From Nibricoccus sp. (GTDB taxonomy: Bacteria > Verrucomicrobiota > Verrucomicrobiia > Opitutales > Opitutaceae), in assembly GCA_047602425.1 (NCBI GenBank), contig JASGHG010000001.1:4352001-4416000 (forward strand): DNA of 64,000 nt, in the 5' to 3' direction. This document shows positions 49,496-60,163 of the stretch, piece after piece. Position numbers and translations under genes: made by a program. The stretch's first letter is position 1, and each line of letters starts with the position of its first letter. A model generated the notes under the pieces. That model was not told the origin of the DNA and searched no databases. It saw only the letters and a list, made by a program, of their open reading frames with translations.

Positions 49496-52400
49496 ACTGC
49501 CGTTGCGGCGGCGATTGGCTTGATGACGACGAGTGGATCGCCGGCTTGCACGGGTTTGCCTTCGGCGCAGAGGACCTGTGTGACCTCGCCTGCGCCGGTG
49601 GCGAAGACGGAAATTTCCATTTTCATGGATTCGAGGATGACGAGAGCTTGATCGCGCGTGATGCGGTCGCCGGGCTGGACGTTGATCTTCCAAACGTTGC
49701 CGGGAACCTGTGCGACGATGGCGGTATGGCCTGGCGGGAGCGCGGCATGTTCGGCGGGGCCGGTGGAGGCTTCGCTCTCGGCGGAAAAGTTGAGCTGGCC
49801 GGACGCTTCCCAGCGTTTGCGCTCGGCTTCGAACGATTGCTGCTGGTTCGTCTTGAAGGCGGTGATGGAGGCGGCGTTATCGCGAAGGAATTTCCGATAG
49901 TCGCGCAGGCGAAATGTCTCGTGGTCAATCTTGAGCTTGTAACGGCCGAGCGGGAAATCCTGGCGGAATTTCAACAACTCCTGGGCACTGACCTCGTGGA
50001 ACTTAATCTGGTCAAAGAAGCGCAGCAACCACGGCTTACCGCCAGTGAAGTCAGAGGTTTGCCGCCAGCGGTTCCACATCTGCACGGTGCGGCCGATGAA
50101 CTGATAGCCGCCGGGACCTTCCATGCCATAAACGCACAGGTATGCGCCGCCAATGCCGACGGCGTTCTCGGGCGTCCACGTGCGAGCGGGATTGTATTTC
50201 GTGGTAACGAGGCGGTGACGCGGATCGACAGGCGTGGCGACGGGTGCGCCCAGATAAACGTCGCCAAGGCCGAGAACGAGATAGTTTGCGTCGAAGGCGA
50301 TGCGCTTCACGTCGTCGATGGAGTCGAGGCCGTTGATGCGGCGGATAAATTCGATATTGCTCGGGCACCACGGCGCGTCCTTGCGGACGGTCTGCATGTA
50401 TTTTCGGATGGCGAGGAGTGTGGACTCGTCTTCCCACGAGAGCGGCAAGTGGACGATGCGCGTGGGAACTTCCATATCGTCGAGAGCAGGAAGGTGAACC
50501 TCGGCGTCGATCAATGTCTCCATCAGACGTTCGAGCGGAAGCACGCGGCTGTCGAAGTGAACCTGAAGCGAACGGATGCCGGGAGTGAGATCGAGGATGC
50601 CGGGCGTGTGGCTGTCGACAAGCCAGTCCATCAAGGCGTGAACGCGGAAGCGAAGTTCGAGGTCGAGGACGGCGGGGCCGTATTCGATCAGCAAATACTT
50701 ATCGCCGGCGCGCCGGTAGACGACGGCGGGCAAATCGTCGCGAGGCGGAATGGTGTGGAGGATGGAGGAGGCAGTGGTTGGTAGTTGGTAGTTGGTGGTT
50801 GGTGCGGACGCAGGCGTGGCTTTGGAAGTTTTACCAATTCCCAAATCCCAACGACCAATTGCCCCGGCTCGTTGCCGGCCGGGAATCAAGGTCTCGATCT
50901 GCGCTTCGTGGACCGCTTCGAGTTCGCGGGCCTTGGCGGCGGTGACGGGCCGGAACCGGACTTTGTCGCCAGGCTTAAGCTGGCCGACTTTCCAGAGATC
51001 GGCGGTGATGATCGTCGCGGGGCATACGAAACCGCCGCAGCTCGGGCCGTCGGGACCGAGGATGATCGGCATGTCGCCGGTGAAATCGATCGCGCCGATT
51101 GCGTAGGCGTTATCGTGGATGTTGGACGGATGCAGGCCGGCTTCGCCACCGTCGGTGCGCGCCCAGCGCGGTTTTGGGCCAATCAGGCGGACGCCGGTGC
51201 GGGCGGAGTTGAAGTGAACCTCGTAGGTCGCGGAGAAAAGATCGGCGATGTCTTCGTCTTTGAAAAAATCGGGCGCACCATGCGGACCGTAGAGGACGGC
51301 GATGTCCCATTCGCGGGTATATGTTGGAACGAGGGCGGCCGGGAGTTTGCGGAGCGCGGAGGAGGTAGTTGGTAGTTGGGAGTTGGAAATTGGTGCGGAC
51401 GCAGGCGTAGGCGAAGGGTTTTCACCAATTACTAAAAACGAATTACCAACTACGGTTTGAGCGAAGTGAAGCACGTCGCCAGCGCGCAACGCACGTCCAG
51501 CGTGGCCGCCGAAGAGGCCGAGCGTGAAGGTGGCCTTGCTGCCGAGGTAATCGGGGACATCGAAACCATGCTGAATCGCCAAATAGGCGCGCATGCCGGC
51601 CTCGGTGACTGCACCGACGCGGAGGGTTTGGCCGCGTTTCACGCGGAAGGCGCGCCAGAAAGTCACGGGCTTGTCGTCGAGTGTCGCGGACGTGGCCGCG
51701 CCGGTCAGGGCGACGATGGCAGAAGTGTTGAAGCGGAGCGTGGGACCGCTGAGGGTAATTTCGAGCCCGGCGGCGGAAGCGGGATTGTCGACAAGACGAT
51801 TGGCTAGCCGGAACGCGAGGGCATCCATCGGTCCGGAGGGAGGAACGCCGACATCCCAATGCCCGAGGCGGCCGGGATAGTCCTGCACGGTGGTTTGGGT
51901 TCCGCCGTCGAGAACCTCAATGGTTGGTGCGGAGTAGGGAAGTTTTTCGAGATACCGCGTGGTGACTTTACCGGCGCGGAACCCTTCGGAGGCGAGAATC
52001 TGGCGCAAGTAGAGCAGGTTGGTTTCGAGGCCGGCGACGCGCGTTTCGGCGAGCGCCTGAGCGAGGCGGTTGAGCGCTTCGTCGCGTGTCGAACCGCGCG
52101 AAATCAGTTTCGCGATCATCGGATCGTAGTACGGGCTGACTTCGGAGCCACGCTCGACCCAGGTTTCAGTACGCAAGCTGTGCGGAACGACAAACTCGGT
52201 GAGCACGCCGGTGGCGGGTTGGAAATTTTTGCCAGGATCCTCAGAGTAGAGACGGACTTGGATCGAGGCGCCAAAAGAGCGGCGCTGAAAATTCGTGAGG
52301 TCAAGTTCGCCAGCGGCCTGCTTGACCATCCACTCGACAAGATCGATGCCGGTGACTTCCTCGGTCACGCCGTGCTCGACCTGGAGGCGGGTGTTAACTT

Positions 52401-53262
52401 CGAGAAAATAGAATTTGTTTGTCGCGTCGTCGAAGACGAATTCGACGGTGCCGGCGGACTCGTAGCCGGCGGCGTGGCCGAGTTTCTCGGCGCAAGCAAG
52501 TAGTTCGGCACGGACGTTTTCGGGCAGGCCGGGTGCGGGCGTTTCCTCGATGATCTTTTGGTTGCGACGCTGGATGGAGCATTCGCGCTCGCCGAGGGCG
52601 ACGACGTGGCCGCGTCCATCGCCAAAAATCTGCACTTCGATGTGACGGGCTCGCTCGACGTATTTTTCGAGGAAGAGACCGCTCTCTTTGAAATTGGCGC
52701 GACTGAGGCGATCGACGCGGGCGAACGCGGGTTCGAGCTCAGCGGCGTTCCAACAGAGTTGCATGCCGATGCCACCGCCGCCGGCCGTGCTCTTGAGCAT
52801 GACCGGATAACCGATGCGCTCGGCTTCGCGCAGCGCGGTGGCGACATCGGGCAAAAGTCCAGTGCCGGGAAGAAGCGGAGCGTTTTCTTTTTGCGCGATT
52901 TCGCGGGCGGTGTGCTTCAGGCCGAAGCGACGCATCTGATCGGGTTTCGGGCCGATGAACACGATGCCAGCGGCAGCGCAGGCTTCGGCGAAGCCTGGAT
53001 TTTCCGAGAGAAAACCATAACCAGGATGTATCGCCTGGGCGCCCGTCTGCTTGGCCACCTCAAGGATTTTTTCGATGACGAGATAGCTTTGGGCGGCTGG
53101 CGCAGGACCGATCAGAACAGATTCATCGGCCTCTGCAACGTGGAGCGAGCCGACATCGGCTTCGGAGTACACGGCAACGGACTTGATGCCCATTTTGCGC
53201 AGGGTGCGCTCGATGCGGCAGGCGATGGCACCACGGTTGGCGATGAGGACTTTGGTGAACAC
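49492..53262 (-). CDS. uca: urea/guanidine carboxylase
   Basis: ANRGAIA, HPGYGFLSEN, EVNTRLQVEH, HPSNIHDNAY, KYNPARTWTPEN, biotin motif ESMKME; two low-complexity inserts. Confidence 0.96.
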   Translation of the reverse strand: MFTKVLIANRGAIACRIERTLRKMGIKSVAVYSEADVGSLHVAEADESVLIGPAPAAQSYLVIEKILEVAKQTGAQAIHPGYGFLSENPGFAEACAAAGIVFIGPKPDQMRRFGLKHTAREIAQKENAPLLPGTGLLPDVATALREAERIGYPVMLKSTAGGGGIGMQLCWNAAELEPAFARVDRLSRANFKESGLFLEKYVERARHIEVQIFGDGRGHVVALGERECSIQRRNQKIIEETPAPGLPENVRAELLACAEKLGHAAGYESAGTVEFVFDDATNKFYFLEVNTRLQVEHGVTEEVTGIDLVEWMVKQAAGELDLTNFQRRSFGASIQVRLYSEDPGKNFQPATGVLTEFVVPHSLRTETWVERGSEVSPYYDPMIAKLISRGSTRDEALNRLAQALAETRVAGLETNLLYLRQILASEGFRAGKVTTRYLEKLPYSAPTIEVLDGGTQTTVQDYPGRLGHWDVGVPPSGPMDALAFRLANRLVDNPASAAGLEITLSGPTLRFNTSAIVALTGAATSATLDDKPVTFWRAFRVKRGQTLRVGAVTEAGMRAYLAIQHGFDVPDYLGSKATFTLGLFGGHAGRALRAGDVLHFAQTVVGNSFLVIGENPSPTPASAPISNSQLPTTSSALRKLPAALVPTYTREWDIAVLYGPHGAPDFFKDEDIADLFSATYEVHFNSARTGVRLIGPKPRWARTDGGEAGLHPSNIHDNAYAIGAIDFTGDMPIILGPDGPSCGGFVCPATIITADLWKVGQLKPGDKVRFRPVTAAKARELEAVHEAQIETLIPGRQRAGAIGRWDLGIGKTSKATPASAPTTNYQLPTTASSILHTIPPRDDLPAVVYRRAGDKYLLIEYGPAVLDLELRFRVHALMDWLVDSHTPGILDLTPGIRSLQVHFDSRVLPLERLMETLIDAEVHLPALDDMEVPTRIVHLPLSWEDESTLLAIRKYMQTVRKDAPWCPSNIEFIRRINGLDSIDDVKRIAFDANYLVLGLGDVYLGAPVATPVDPRHRLVTTKYNPARTWTPENAVGIGGAYLCVYGMEGPGGYQFIGRTVQMWNRWRQTSDFTGGKPWLLRFFDQIKFHEVSAQELLKFRQDFPLGRYKLKIDHETFRLRDYRKFLRDNAASITAFKTNQQQSFEAERKRWEASGQLNFSAESEASTGPAEHAALPPGHTAIVAQVPGNVWKINVQPGDRITRDQALVILESMKMEISVFATGAGEVTQVLCAEGKPVQAGDPLVVIKPIAAATAV
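50774..50862. repeat. heptamer palindromic element, in frame within uca (89 nt)
   Basis: GTGGTTG GTAGTTG GTAGTTG GTGGTTG - 33 nt - CAATTCC CAAATCC CAACGAC CAATTGC. Confidence 0.9.
51365..51453. repeat. heptamer palindromic element, in frame within uca (89 nt)
   Basis: GTAGTTG GTAGTTG GGAGTTG GAAATTG - 33 nt - CAATTAC TAAAAAC GAATTAC CAACTAC. Confidence 0.9.
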
Positions 53263-53268
53263 GGGAAA

Positions 53269-53798
53269 GTAGTTGGTAGTTTGTAGTTGGTAATTGGTAC
53301 GGGGATGCTCAATCTTTTGTTGCTCTCGTGCATTGGTGCAGGCTTCCTATAAATCCACTATGGCGACTTTTGTATTGGATGAACTGAGGGTTTACCGCAT
53401 GGCGGAGGAATTGGCGGACGCGACGTGGGATTTGATTGGTGATTGGGCTCCGTTTGCTAAGGAAACCGTTGGCAAGCAGCTGGTGCGCGCGGCCGATAGC
53501 GTCGGTGCAAACATCGCCGAGGGTTACGGACGAGCGTCGCCGGCCGACAATCAACGTTTCGTGAGAATGGCACGCGGATCTCTTTACGAAGTTAGGCATT
53601 TTCTGCGCCGAGCGGATAAGCGAGGGCTGGTGGATAAGACGTCGAAGCAGGCATTGCAGAAAGTTCTCAGTGAATTGCTCCCGGGATTGAATGCATACCT
53701 TCGTTCCCTGCGAAATGGCGGGGATGGTGACAAATAGGAATTTTACGGAGGTGCACACAGGTGTTTCGACCAACTACCAAATACAAACTACTAACTCC
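53269..53798 (+). mobile_element. candidate gene-carrying heptamer palindromic element
   Basis: 4 heptamers (53269-53296) and 4 inverted heptamers (53771-53798) enclosing one ORF; mobility is inferred, not shown. Confidence 0.6.
53360..53737 (+). CDS. four-helix-bundle protein (23S rRNA IVP family)
   Basis: LRVY, QLVRAADSVGANIAEGYGR, ARGSLYEV. Confidence 0.93.
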   Translation: MATFVLDELRVYRMAEELADATWDLIGDWAPFAKETVGKQLVRAADSVGANIAEGYGRASPADNQRFVRMARGSLYEVRHFLRRADKRGLVDKTSKQALQKVLSELLPGLNAYLRSLRNGGDGDK

Positions 53799-54491
53799 TC
53801 AATCCGACGCATGGGAGGGCTTGGCATTCCAAACCAAAACTTCGATTGGCGTCGGGTTGTAGGCGTTGCAGGGGTTGTTGAGTTGGGGGCAATTTGAGAT
53901 GAGGCAGATGACGTCGCGTTCGGCGCGGAGCTCGACGTAACGGCCCGGCCCTGAAACGCCGTCTTCGAACGTGAGGCGACCGTCGGGCGTGACGGGGACG
54001 TTCATGAAGAAGTTGATGTTGCAGGTGATGTCGCGTTTGCCCCAGTCATGTTTTTCGAGATGGAAACTGTGGCATGAGCAGGAAATTTCCTGGGCGCCGC
54101 GAATAAAACTGTCGCGGCAGGCGTGCATGTGCTCCTTTTCAAGGGCGTAGCGCATGGTGTTGCTTTCGCGCGAGCAGGCGCCGCCGAGCGTGTCGTGGCG
54201 ACCGCAGGTGTCGGCAACGATAGTGAGGAGCGCGTCGCCTTCGGTGGAAACGAGGCGCGTTCCGGTTGTGAGGTAGAGAGCACCTTGGTGACGAATCGTA
54301 TCGGAGGCGCTGTAGCGGTTGGCTGGTTCGTGTGCGTCGTAGAAAAGTGTGTCGGCCGCCTGATTTCCCTCGAGATCGACGATGCGGAGGGTTTGGCCCT
54401 TTTTAACGACGTAGGAAAAATAGTCGCCGGCGAGCACGACCTTACGGAATGCCGCGGTGGATGGGTCGAGTTTGCTTTCGGTGAGGGTCAT
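53799..54491 (-). CDS. urea amidolyase-associated protein 2 (DUF1989, CgdB-like)
   Basis: [43 protein letters not shown]. Confidence 0.92.
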   Translation of the reverse strand: MTLTESKLDPSTAAFRKVVLAGDYFSYVVKKGQTLRIVDLEGNQAADTLFYDAHEPANRYSASDTIRHQGALYLTTGTRLVSTEGDALLTIVADTCGRHDTLGGACSRESNTMRYALEKEHMHACRDSFIRGAQEISCSCHSFHLEKHDWGKRDITCNINFFMNVPVTPDGRLTFEDGVSGPGRYVELRAERDVICLISNCPQLNNPCNAYNPTPIEVLVWNAKPSHASD

Positions 54492-54558
54492 GGGAGGCGG
54501 TGTCTCGCGAAGATACGAAGGGGGCGAAGGAGGAGTTGATAATCAATCCGAAGAAAGG

Positions 54559-55281
54559 TTAGGAGCTTAGCGCGTAGTAGTTCTCGGTGTTGAGGAAAGC
54601 TCGGGCGTTTTCCGGGCGGGAGTTGCGGCACGGGTCGTCCGCGGTGGGCGGTGGTGTGGCGAAGATTTCTACCTTCACGTTGCGCGGGTGGTAGACGGGA
54701 TCTGGATCGAGCGGGTGCTGACAGGTGTTGAGCACGACGAGCGTGTTCATCTCGAAACGGAGATCGACGGAGCCGCCGGCTTTCGAGTGGTCCGAGACGA
54801 AGGAGAGTTTGCCGGAGTCGTCGGCGACAACTTTGGAAAATAGATTAAGGTTCGGCACGAGATCGCGTTTGCCGAGACCATGCTTGGCGAGTTCGATGAG
54901 GAAGCAGTCACGGCCGTTGCGGAAAAATTCGTTTCGAGAGGTCTGGTAGTTTTTGTCGCCGTATTTTTGGGCGACGAGGTTGGCGTCGGAGCAGCCGCAA
55001 ACGGTGTCGTGCCAGCCGGCGGAATCGGCGACGATCGATGCGAGGACACGTCCCATGTCGGAATGCAGACAATACGGTGCGCGGACATGGAAGATATGCT
55101 GGCCCTTGAGCGTATCAGGCATGTTGTACCGTTCGGTTGGTTGGTCGGCGTTGTAGAGAAGCAGGCCAACGTTCGCACCGCCTTCGAGATCGGTGAGACG
55201 CAGAGTCTTGCCGCGAGAAATCACGCCCGACCACATGCCGGCGTGGTGGAGTTGCTTGGTGAGGAGTGGGGCGGAGATCAT
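54559..55281 (-). CDS. urea amidolyase-associated protein 1 (DUF1989, CgdA-like)
   Basis: [30 protein letters not shown]. Confidence 0.92.
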   Translation of the reverse strand: MISAPLLTKQLHHAGMWSGVISRGKTLRLTDLEGGANVGLLLYNADQPTERYNMPDTLKGQHIFHVRAPYCLHSDMGRVLASIVADSAGWHDTVCGCSDANLVAQKYGDKNYQTSRNEFFRNGRDCFLIELAKHGLGKRDLVPNLNLFSKVVADDSGKLSFVSDHSKAGGSVDLRFEMNTLVVLNTCQHPLDPDPVYHPRNVKVEIFATPPPTADDPCRNSRPENARAFLNTENYYALSS

Positions 55282-55286
55282 TGGCG

Positions 55287-55314
55287 GTATTACGAAATTA
55301 ATGAAAAGTGTTAC
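55287..55314. promoter_or_regulatory. NikR-like operator 1
   Basis: Minus strand GTAACAC-N14-GTAATAC. Confidence 0.7.
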
Positions 55315-55330
55315 TGCAAGGATCGTGCCG
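55315..55330 (-). promoter_or_regulatory. sigma54 promoter
   Basis: CGGCACGATCCTTGCA (GG-N10-GC). Confidence 0.85.
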
Positions 55331-55377
55331 ATTCCTCAGGACGGGTGAAAATTGCCACTGCTTTGTGCTCGGATTGT

Positions 55378-55878
55378 CTACCGAAGGGGTGGAATGGCGG
55401 CGGCGGTGAGATTGAGCCGGCCATTTTTCACGCCTTTGCACGTGACGAGCTCGTCGGTCAGTTTGCGCAGTTCGTTTGCCGGCCCCTGAACGAGGAGAAC
55501 TTCGAGGTAGTTGTGATGTTCCAAGTGTACGTGCATACTGGATACAATCAGCAAGTAGTAGCGGTGTTGGATTTCCGCGAGGCGCGCCTGGAGATCTTTT
55601 TTTCGATAGTCGTAAACGAGGCTGACCGTGCCGGCGACAGAACCGGTGCCGATTTCGCTGGCAAACTCGACCAAACCGTCGCGAGCGAGCGCAGCCACAG
55701 CTTGCGAGCGACTCTGAAAGCCACGACTTGCCACCATGGCGTCGAGCTCGTCGAGCAGGCTTTCAGGAAGCGAAATGCTGAAGCGGGCGACTTTGTCGGA
55801 GCGGGCAGCTGCGACCGGCGAATCCGTTGAAGGATTCGCCGCTGTGGGCAGAGTTGAGTTTCTAGAAGAGGCGGGCAT
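55378..55878 (-). CDS. NikR-like ribbon-helix-helix regulator
   Basis: [11 protein letters not shown]...[13 protein letters not shown]...QH...HVH..LEV. Confidence 0.88.
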   Translation of the reverse strand: MPASSRNSTLPTAANPSTDSPVAAARSDKVARFSISLPESLLDELDAMVASRGFQSRSQAVAALARDGLVEFASEIGTGSVAGTVSLVYDYRKKDLQARLAEIQHRYYLLIVSSMHVHLEHHNYLEVLLVQGPANELRKLTDELVTCKGVKNGRLNLTAAAIPPLR

Positions 55879-57223
55879 AACGATCGACTTCCCACTGGCT
55901 GACAGTGAGGTGGTAGGCGCGCCATTCCTCGGATTTGTAGGTGATAAACTCGTCGCGCAATTCCTGGCCGAGCGTTTTGGCGATAAACGGATCGGCGGCG
56001 AAAAGCTCCACGGCTTCCTCCAAGTCGCGTGGCAGATAGGAAATGTTTCGTTTGGCTAGTTCGGTTTCAGGAAGTTCATAGAGGTTCTCCTCCTGGGGTG
56101 AGCCCGGATCGAGTTTTTCGCGGACGCCTTCCAGGCCGGCGGCGAGCAGCAGCGTCGCGGCGAGGTAGGGGTTGCAGGCGGAGTCGGCATTGCGGCTTTC
56201 GCAGCGGCCTCCGCCCATAGGCACGCGAATGGAGTTGGTGCGATTGTTGGTGCCGAAGCTGTTGAAGACTGGCGCCCATGAATAGTAACTCATCGCACCG
56301 CGGCGAACGAGGCGTTTGTAACTGTTGACCGTCGGAGCGAGCGCCGCACAGATCGAGCGACCGTGGCGAATGACGCCGGCGATGAATGAGTAGGCGAGCG
56401 GCGTGAGTCCTAGGCCGCGCGGGTCTTCCTTTGGATCGCACTTGAATGCGTTTTTTCCCGAGGCGAGCTCGTAGAGCGACATGTTGAAATGGGCGCCGTT
56501 ACCGGTTTTGTCGGCGAAGGGCTTGGGCATGAACGTGGCGAGCAGGCCCTCCTCGGAAGCAAACTGCTTCGCCATCATGCGGAAAAAGACGTAGCGGTCG
56601 CACATGGTTAGGGCGTCGGCATATTTGAAATCGAACTCGAACTGCGAAGGCGCATCCTCGTGGTCGAGCGAATAAAGGTCCCAGCCGAGGTTGTTGATCG
56701 CGGTCGAAACCTTGTCGAGCCAGGTGTAGCGATCCATGAAGCGCTTGATGTCGTAGCAGCTCTTCACGAGGTTGTCGTCGGAGTTGGGAATCGAGAGCTT
56801 GCCATCGTCACCGTGCTTCACGACGAAGACCTCACACTCGATGCCGAGGTTGAAACCGAGTCCGAGCTTGGCGGCGTCGGCGAGGACGTTTTTCAGCGCG
56901 ACCCGTGTGTTGATAGGATATGGTTCGTCGTGGAAGGTGTTATCGGCGGGAAACCAGGCGACTTCGGATTTCCACGGCAAAATGATACCACGATCGAGAT
57001 CGGGGAGGGAGGCGATTTCGTCGTCGTTTGGGCGCTGGCCCAAGCCATCGAGCGCGTAGCCGGTGTAAAGCTCGGACCCGTGCGCAAAGTGGAGGAAATG
57101 ATCGATGGGCACGAATTTGCCCTTCGGAATGCCGTGAATATCAGTGTAGGCGCCGACGCAATATTTGACGCCCTTGGCTTTGAGTTCGGCCTGAAGTTTA
57201 AGAATGTCGGAATCGGATTTCAT
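55862..57223 (-). CDS. glutamine-synthetase-like (GlnT/type III-like) ligase
   Basis: [22 protein letters not shown]...GNGAH, NSYKRL, NNRT, ESR, NPYL. Confidence 0.85.
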   Translation of the reverse strand: MKSDSDILKLQAELKAKGVKYCVGAYTDIHGIPKGKFVPIDHFLHFAHGSELYTGYALDGLGQRPNDDEIASLPDLDRGIILPWKSEVAWFPADNTFHDEPYPINTRVALKNVLADAAKLGLGFNLGIECEVFVVKHGDDGKLSIPNSDDNLVKSCYDIKRFMDRYTWLDKVSTAINNLGWDLYSLDHEDAPSQFEFDFKYADALTMCDRYVFFRMMAKQFASEEGLLATFMPKPFADKTGNGAHFNMSLYELASGKNAFKCDPKEDPRGLGLTPLAYSFIAGVIRHGRSICAALAPTVNSYKRLVRRGAMSYYSWAPVFNSFGTNNRTNSIRVPMGGGRCESRNADSACNPYLAATLLLAAGLEGVREKLDPGSPQEENLYELPETELAKRNISYLPRDLEEAVELFAADPFIAKTLGQELRDEFITYKSEEWRAYHLTVSQWEVDRYARLF

Positions 57224-57285
57224 TTATGAAAAGATAAAGGGTTGTTGGCGATGGGTGATGGGTCCTGTTACTGGCTATTCTCTTT

Positions 57286-58101
57286 TCATAAATGCGAAGG
57301 CGACTGGCCGCTGGCGGACGGAAAATAAGGCACGTCGAGTGGAGAACGTTCGCGCATGCCGCGGCGGACGAGCTTGGCGAGATCGGTGACGAGCCAACGA
57401 AGAAGGCGCTGGCCTTTGGCCTGGGTTGCGCGGCTGGGAAAGCCCGTAACGCCATTGGCACTGGTGCGGTTGACTGGGTGGGCAAAAACGAGACCGCCGG
57501 TGCGGTCAGGATCGTCGGATTTTTTCAGAAGGCGGGGACGGAGGATTTCCGGCGCAGCCGCGAGCATGAGGGCGGTTTCGGCGGCGTTGGCGTGCCAATC
57601 TGCAGCGTCGGAAAAAAACTCACGTCTAACGCGCGGGCTGGCCTCCGCGGCATTGATCACCGCGATCATGAAGCCGTCGTGGCGGCTCCGCAGAATTTCG
57701 AGCGCGCAGCGAAGCGGTGCGTGGTTCGTGACGTGAGTGTTGAGTAAAAAAAGGCGGCGGAAACCCGCGGCAAAGAGCCAGTCGCCGATGTCAGTCACAA
57801 GTGAAATCAGCGTCTGTGGCTGCAGCGCCAGCGTGCCGGGCCAGCGATGCGAATGTCCCAGAGAGCAGCCGTAGTGCAGCGTCGGCAGGACAGGAACGCG
57901 GGTCGTGGCAGAAACGGCTTCGCCCAGAATGGTCGCCAGGGAAGCATCCATGCCGGTGCCGAGGTGCGGACCATGCTGCTCGGTGGCGCCGCAGGGCAGG
58001 ATCACGCCGTCGACGCCGCTGGCGTGCAATGCAGCGATCTCGGGCCAGGTTAGTTTGTCCCAGGCGAGCGGTTTTGGCGAAGACTGTTTTTTGCGCGGCA
58101 T
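57286..58101 (-). CDS. creatininase-family amidohydrolase
   Basis: GATEQHGPHLGTGMD, NTH..N, DWHANAAET, GVTG. Confidence 0.9.
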   Translation of the reverse strand: MPRKKQSSPKPLAWDKLTWPEIAALHASGVDGVILPCGATEQHGPHLGTGMDASLATILGEAVSATTRVPVLPTLHYGCSLGHSHRWPGTLALQPQTLISLVTDIGDWLFAAGFRRLFLLNTHVTNHAPLRCALEILRSRHDGFMIAVINAAEASPRVRREFFSDAADWHANAAETALMLAAAPEILRPRLLKKSDDPDRTGGLVFAHPVNRTSANGVTGFPSRATQAKGQRLLRWLVTDLAKLVRRGMRERSPLDVPYFPSASGQSPSHL

Positions 58102-58103
58102 AG

Positions 58104-59021
58104 TTATTCAACGTCGTCGCCGACCTGGGTCAGACGCACGATGGGAAGTCTTTCGATTTCGGCGCTGTGGACGTCCGTTTTGGGGTGGATCAATTCGTCC
58201 AACCGCCTCCGGGTGGCGAGGAACTCCGGCGAATTCACCTGCGCCAGATTGCGAGGCCGGGGCACGGGCACTTCGATGATTTCCTGAACTTCGCCGGGAT
58301 TGGCCTTGAGCACGAGAATGCGATCGGCGAGGAGCACGGCTTCATCGAGATCGTGCGTGATGAAGAGGATGGTGACGTCGACATTGCGCCAGATTTCGAG
58401 CAAGTGCGTCTGCATCTGCGCGCGCGTCTGGGCATCGAGCGCGCCGAACGGTTCGTCCATCAGGAGGATTCGTGGATTGGCGGCCAGCGCACGCGCGATG
58501 GCGGTGCGCTGCTTCATGCCGCCGGAGAGCTGGGCTGGGTAGGCATTTTCGAACCTTGAAAGACCGACAAGCTCGATCCACTGACGCGCTTCGCTGGAGG
58601 CCTGCGTGCGTTCCATGCCCTGCATCTGCAAGCCGAACATCACATTTTCCGCAACCGTGCGCCAGGGGAAAAGCGTGTAGCCCTGGAAGACCATGCCGCG
58701 ATCGGGGCCGGGGCCGTGGACCTCCTTGCCGTCGAGCAGCATGCGACCGGAAGTCGGATAATCGAGGCCGGCGACCATGCGGATGAGCGTGGACTTGCCG
58801 CAGCCGGAGGGGCCGATCACGCAGAGAAATTCGCGGCGGTGGACTTTGAACGACACATCGCGCAAGGCGGTGACCGGGCCATTTTCGCCCTCGAACGACC
58901 GGCCGAGTTGCTGCACATCGAGGACGACGGGGCGTTCCTTGAGCTTGCGAAAACGTTCCGCGACGGCAGACGATTGCGTGCGATAGTCGGGAAGGCTGGA
59001 AATTTCGGTCGCGGAAGTCAC
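58104..59021 (-). CDS. NitT/TauT-type ABC ATPase
   Basis: [30 protein letters not shown]. Confidence 0.95.
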   Translation of the reverse strand: MTSATEISSLPDYRTQSSAVAERFRKLKERPVVLDVQQLGRSFEGENGPVTALRDVSFKVHRREFLCVIGPSGCGKSTLIRMVAGLDYPTSGRMLLDGKEVHGPGPDRGMVFQGYTLFPWRTVAENVMFGLQMQGMERTQASSEARQWIELVGLSRFENAYPAQLSGGMKQRTAIARALAANPRILLMDEPFGALDAQTRAQMQTHLLEIWRNVDVTILFITHDLDEAVLLADRILVLKANPGEVQEIIEVPVPRPRNLAQVNSPEFLATRRRLDELIHPKTDVHSAEIERLPIVRLTQVGDDVE

Positions 59022-60070
59022 TTGGTAAGAATGGGCTTGTAAGGTGGAATTTTAATCAGCGGCGTGGCGTAACGATCGGTGACGAGACGGACGAAATACG
59101 TGCGCAGACGGCTGGGGCGCGGATTTTTCCACGCGAAAACGCGAACTCCGATAAAGGCGAGTACCTGATCGGTGAGCAGGCCGATGACGCCAATGATCAC
59201 GATGGCGGCATAAACGTTGTCGAAGTTGCGGTACTTGGCCTGCTGATTGATGAAGAAAGTGATTCCCGAACTAACGCCTACCACCTCCGCAACGATCAGG
59301 TAGGTCCAAGCCCACCCCAGCAGAATGCGCAGGTCGTTATAGAGATCAGGGAGGCTGGCGGGGACAATGACGCGCCAGACGAGTTGCCGGCGTCTCGCTC
59401 CGAGTGTCTGCGCAGCCTCGATCAGGCTGATCTCGGTTTTTCGCACCGTATTTGAAACTACGAGGACCTGCTGGAAGAAAGTTCCGATGACAATGATGGC
59501 GACCTTGGGTTCGAGATGGATGCCGAAGATGGCGACCATGAGCGCTCCGAAGGCCGGAGCTGGCATATACCGGATGAAATCGACAAAAGGCTCGGTGAGA
59601 CGGGCGATCGCAGGATGCGCACCGCAAAAAATCCCAAGCGGCACACCGATCAGCGAAGAGATGACGAAGCCCCAGAAGATGGTCTTGATGCTCATCCAAA
59701 GACTCTCATGCAACCAAAGGTCGCCACGCAGAACCGGCTTGGTGGTGAACGCGGTGTAAAGCGCCCGGGCGACGGCGTGCGGAGCGGGAAGAAAAATCGG
59801 ATTTGCGCGCGTGCCCGTGGGAAGGTTTCCGCCCTCGGACTGCAAGCGCGTTGCTTCCTTGGTGAAATCGGCTCGAGGAATAAGCAAGCCCGGGCGAAAC
59901 CAGGAGACATCGCCAGGCGAATCCACTTTCACCATCGGGTGCCAGATGAACGGCACATAGCTCACGATGCACCAGAGCGCCAGGGGTAGCAAAAACGCCA
60001 GCACGCCGAGCACCATGCGGCGGCGGGGTGTGAGGTCTTTGCGGACCGAAAGCCAGCTCTGTTTAGGCAT
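59018..60070 (-). CDS. NitT/TauT-type ABC permease
   Basis: [28 protein letters not shown]. Confidence 0.93.
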   Translation of the reverse strand: MPKQSWLSVRKDLTPRRRMVLGVLAFLLPLALWCIVSYVPFIWHPMVKVDSPGDVSWFRPGLLIPRADFTKEATRLQSEGGNLPTGTRANPIFLPAPHAVARALYTAFTTKPVLRGDLWLHESLWMSIKTIFWGFVISSLIGVPLGIFCGAHPAIARLTEPFVDFIRYMPAPAFGALMVAIFGIHLEPKVAIIVIGTFFQQVLVVSNTVRKTEISLIEAAQTLGARRRQLVWRVIVPASLPDLYNDLRILLGWAWTYLIVAEVVGVSSGITFFINQQAKYRNFDNVYAAIVIIGVIGLLTDQVLAFIGVRVFAWKNPRPSRLRTYFVRLVTDRYATPLIKIPPYKPILTK

Positions 60071-60163
60071 GACGTGGAATTTTGGATACAACCCAGCCCT
60101 GCGCCGGGCCATTGGCTGCCCGGCGGGGCGAAGAAGACGGAGGGGTTTACGAAGGGCGGGTGA

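Noticed and set aside
50774..51453. uca inserts as inteins or self-splicing introns
   Set aside because: Only about 30 aa / 89 nt; no intein splice-junction residues and no group I/II intron core.
49415..53798. Heptamer elements as CRISPR or a DGR (Avd-like protein)
   Set aside because: No repeat-spacer array, cas genes, reverse transcriptase or template/variable repeat pair in the window.
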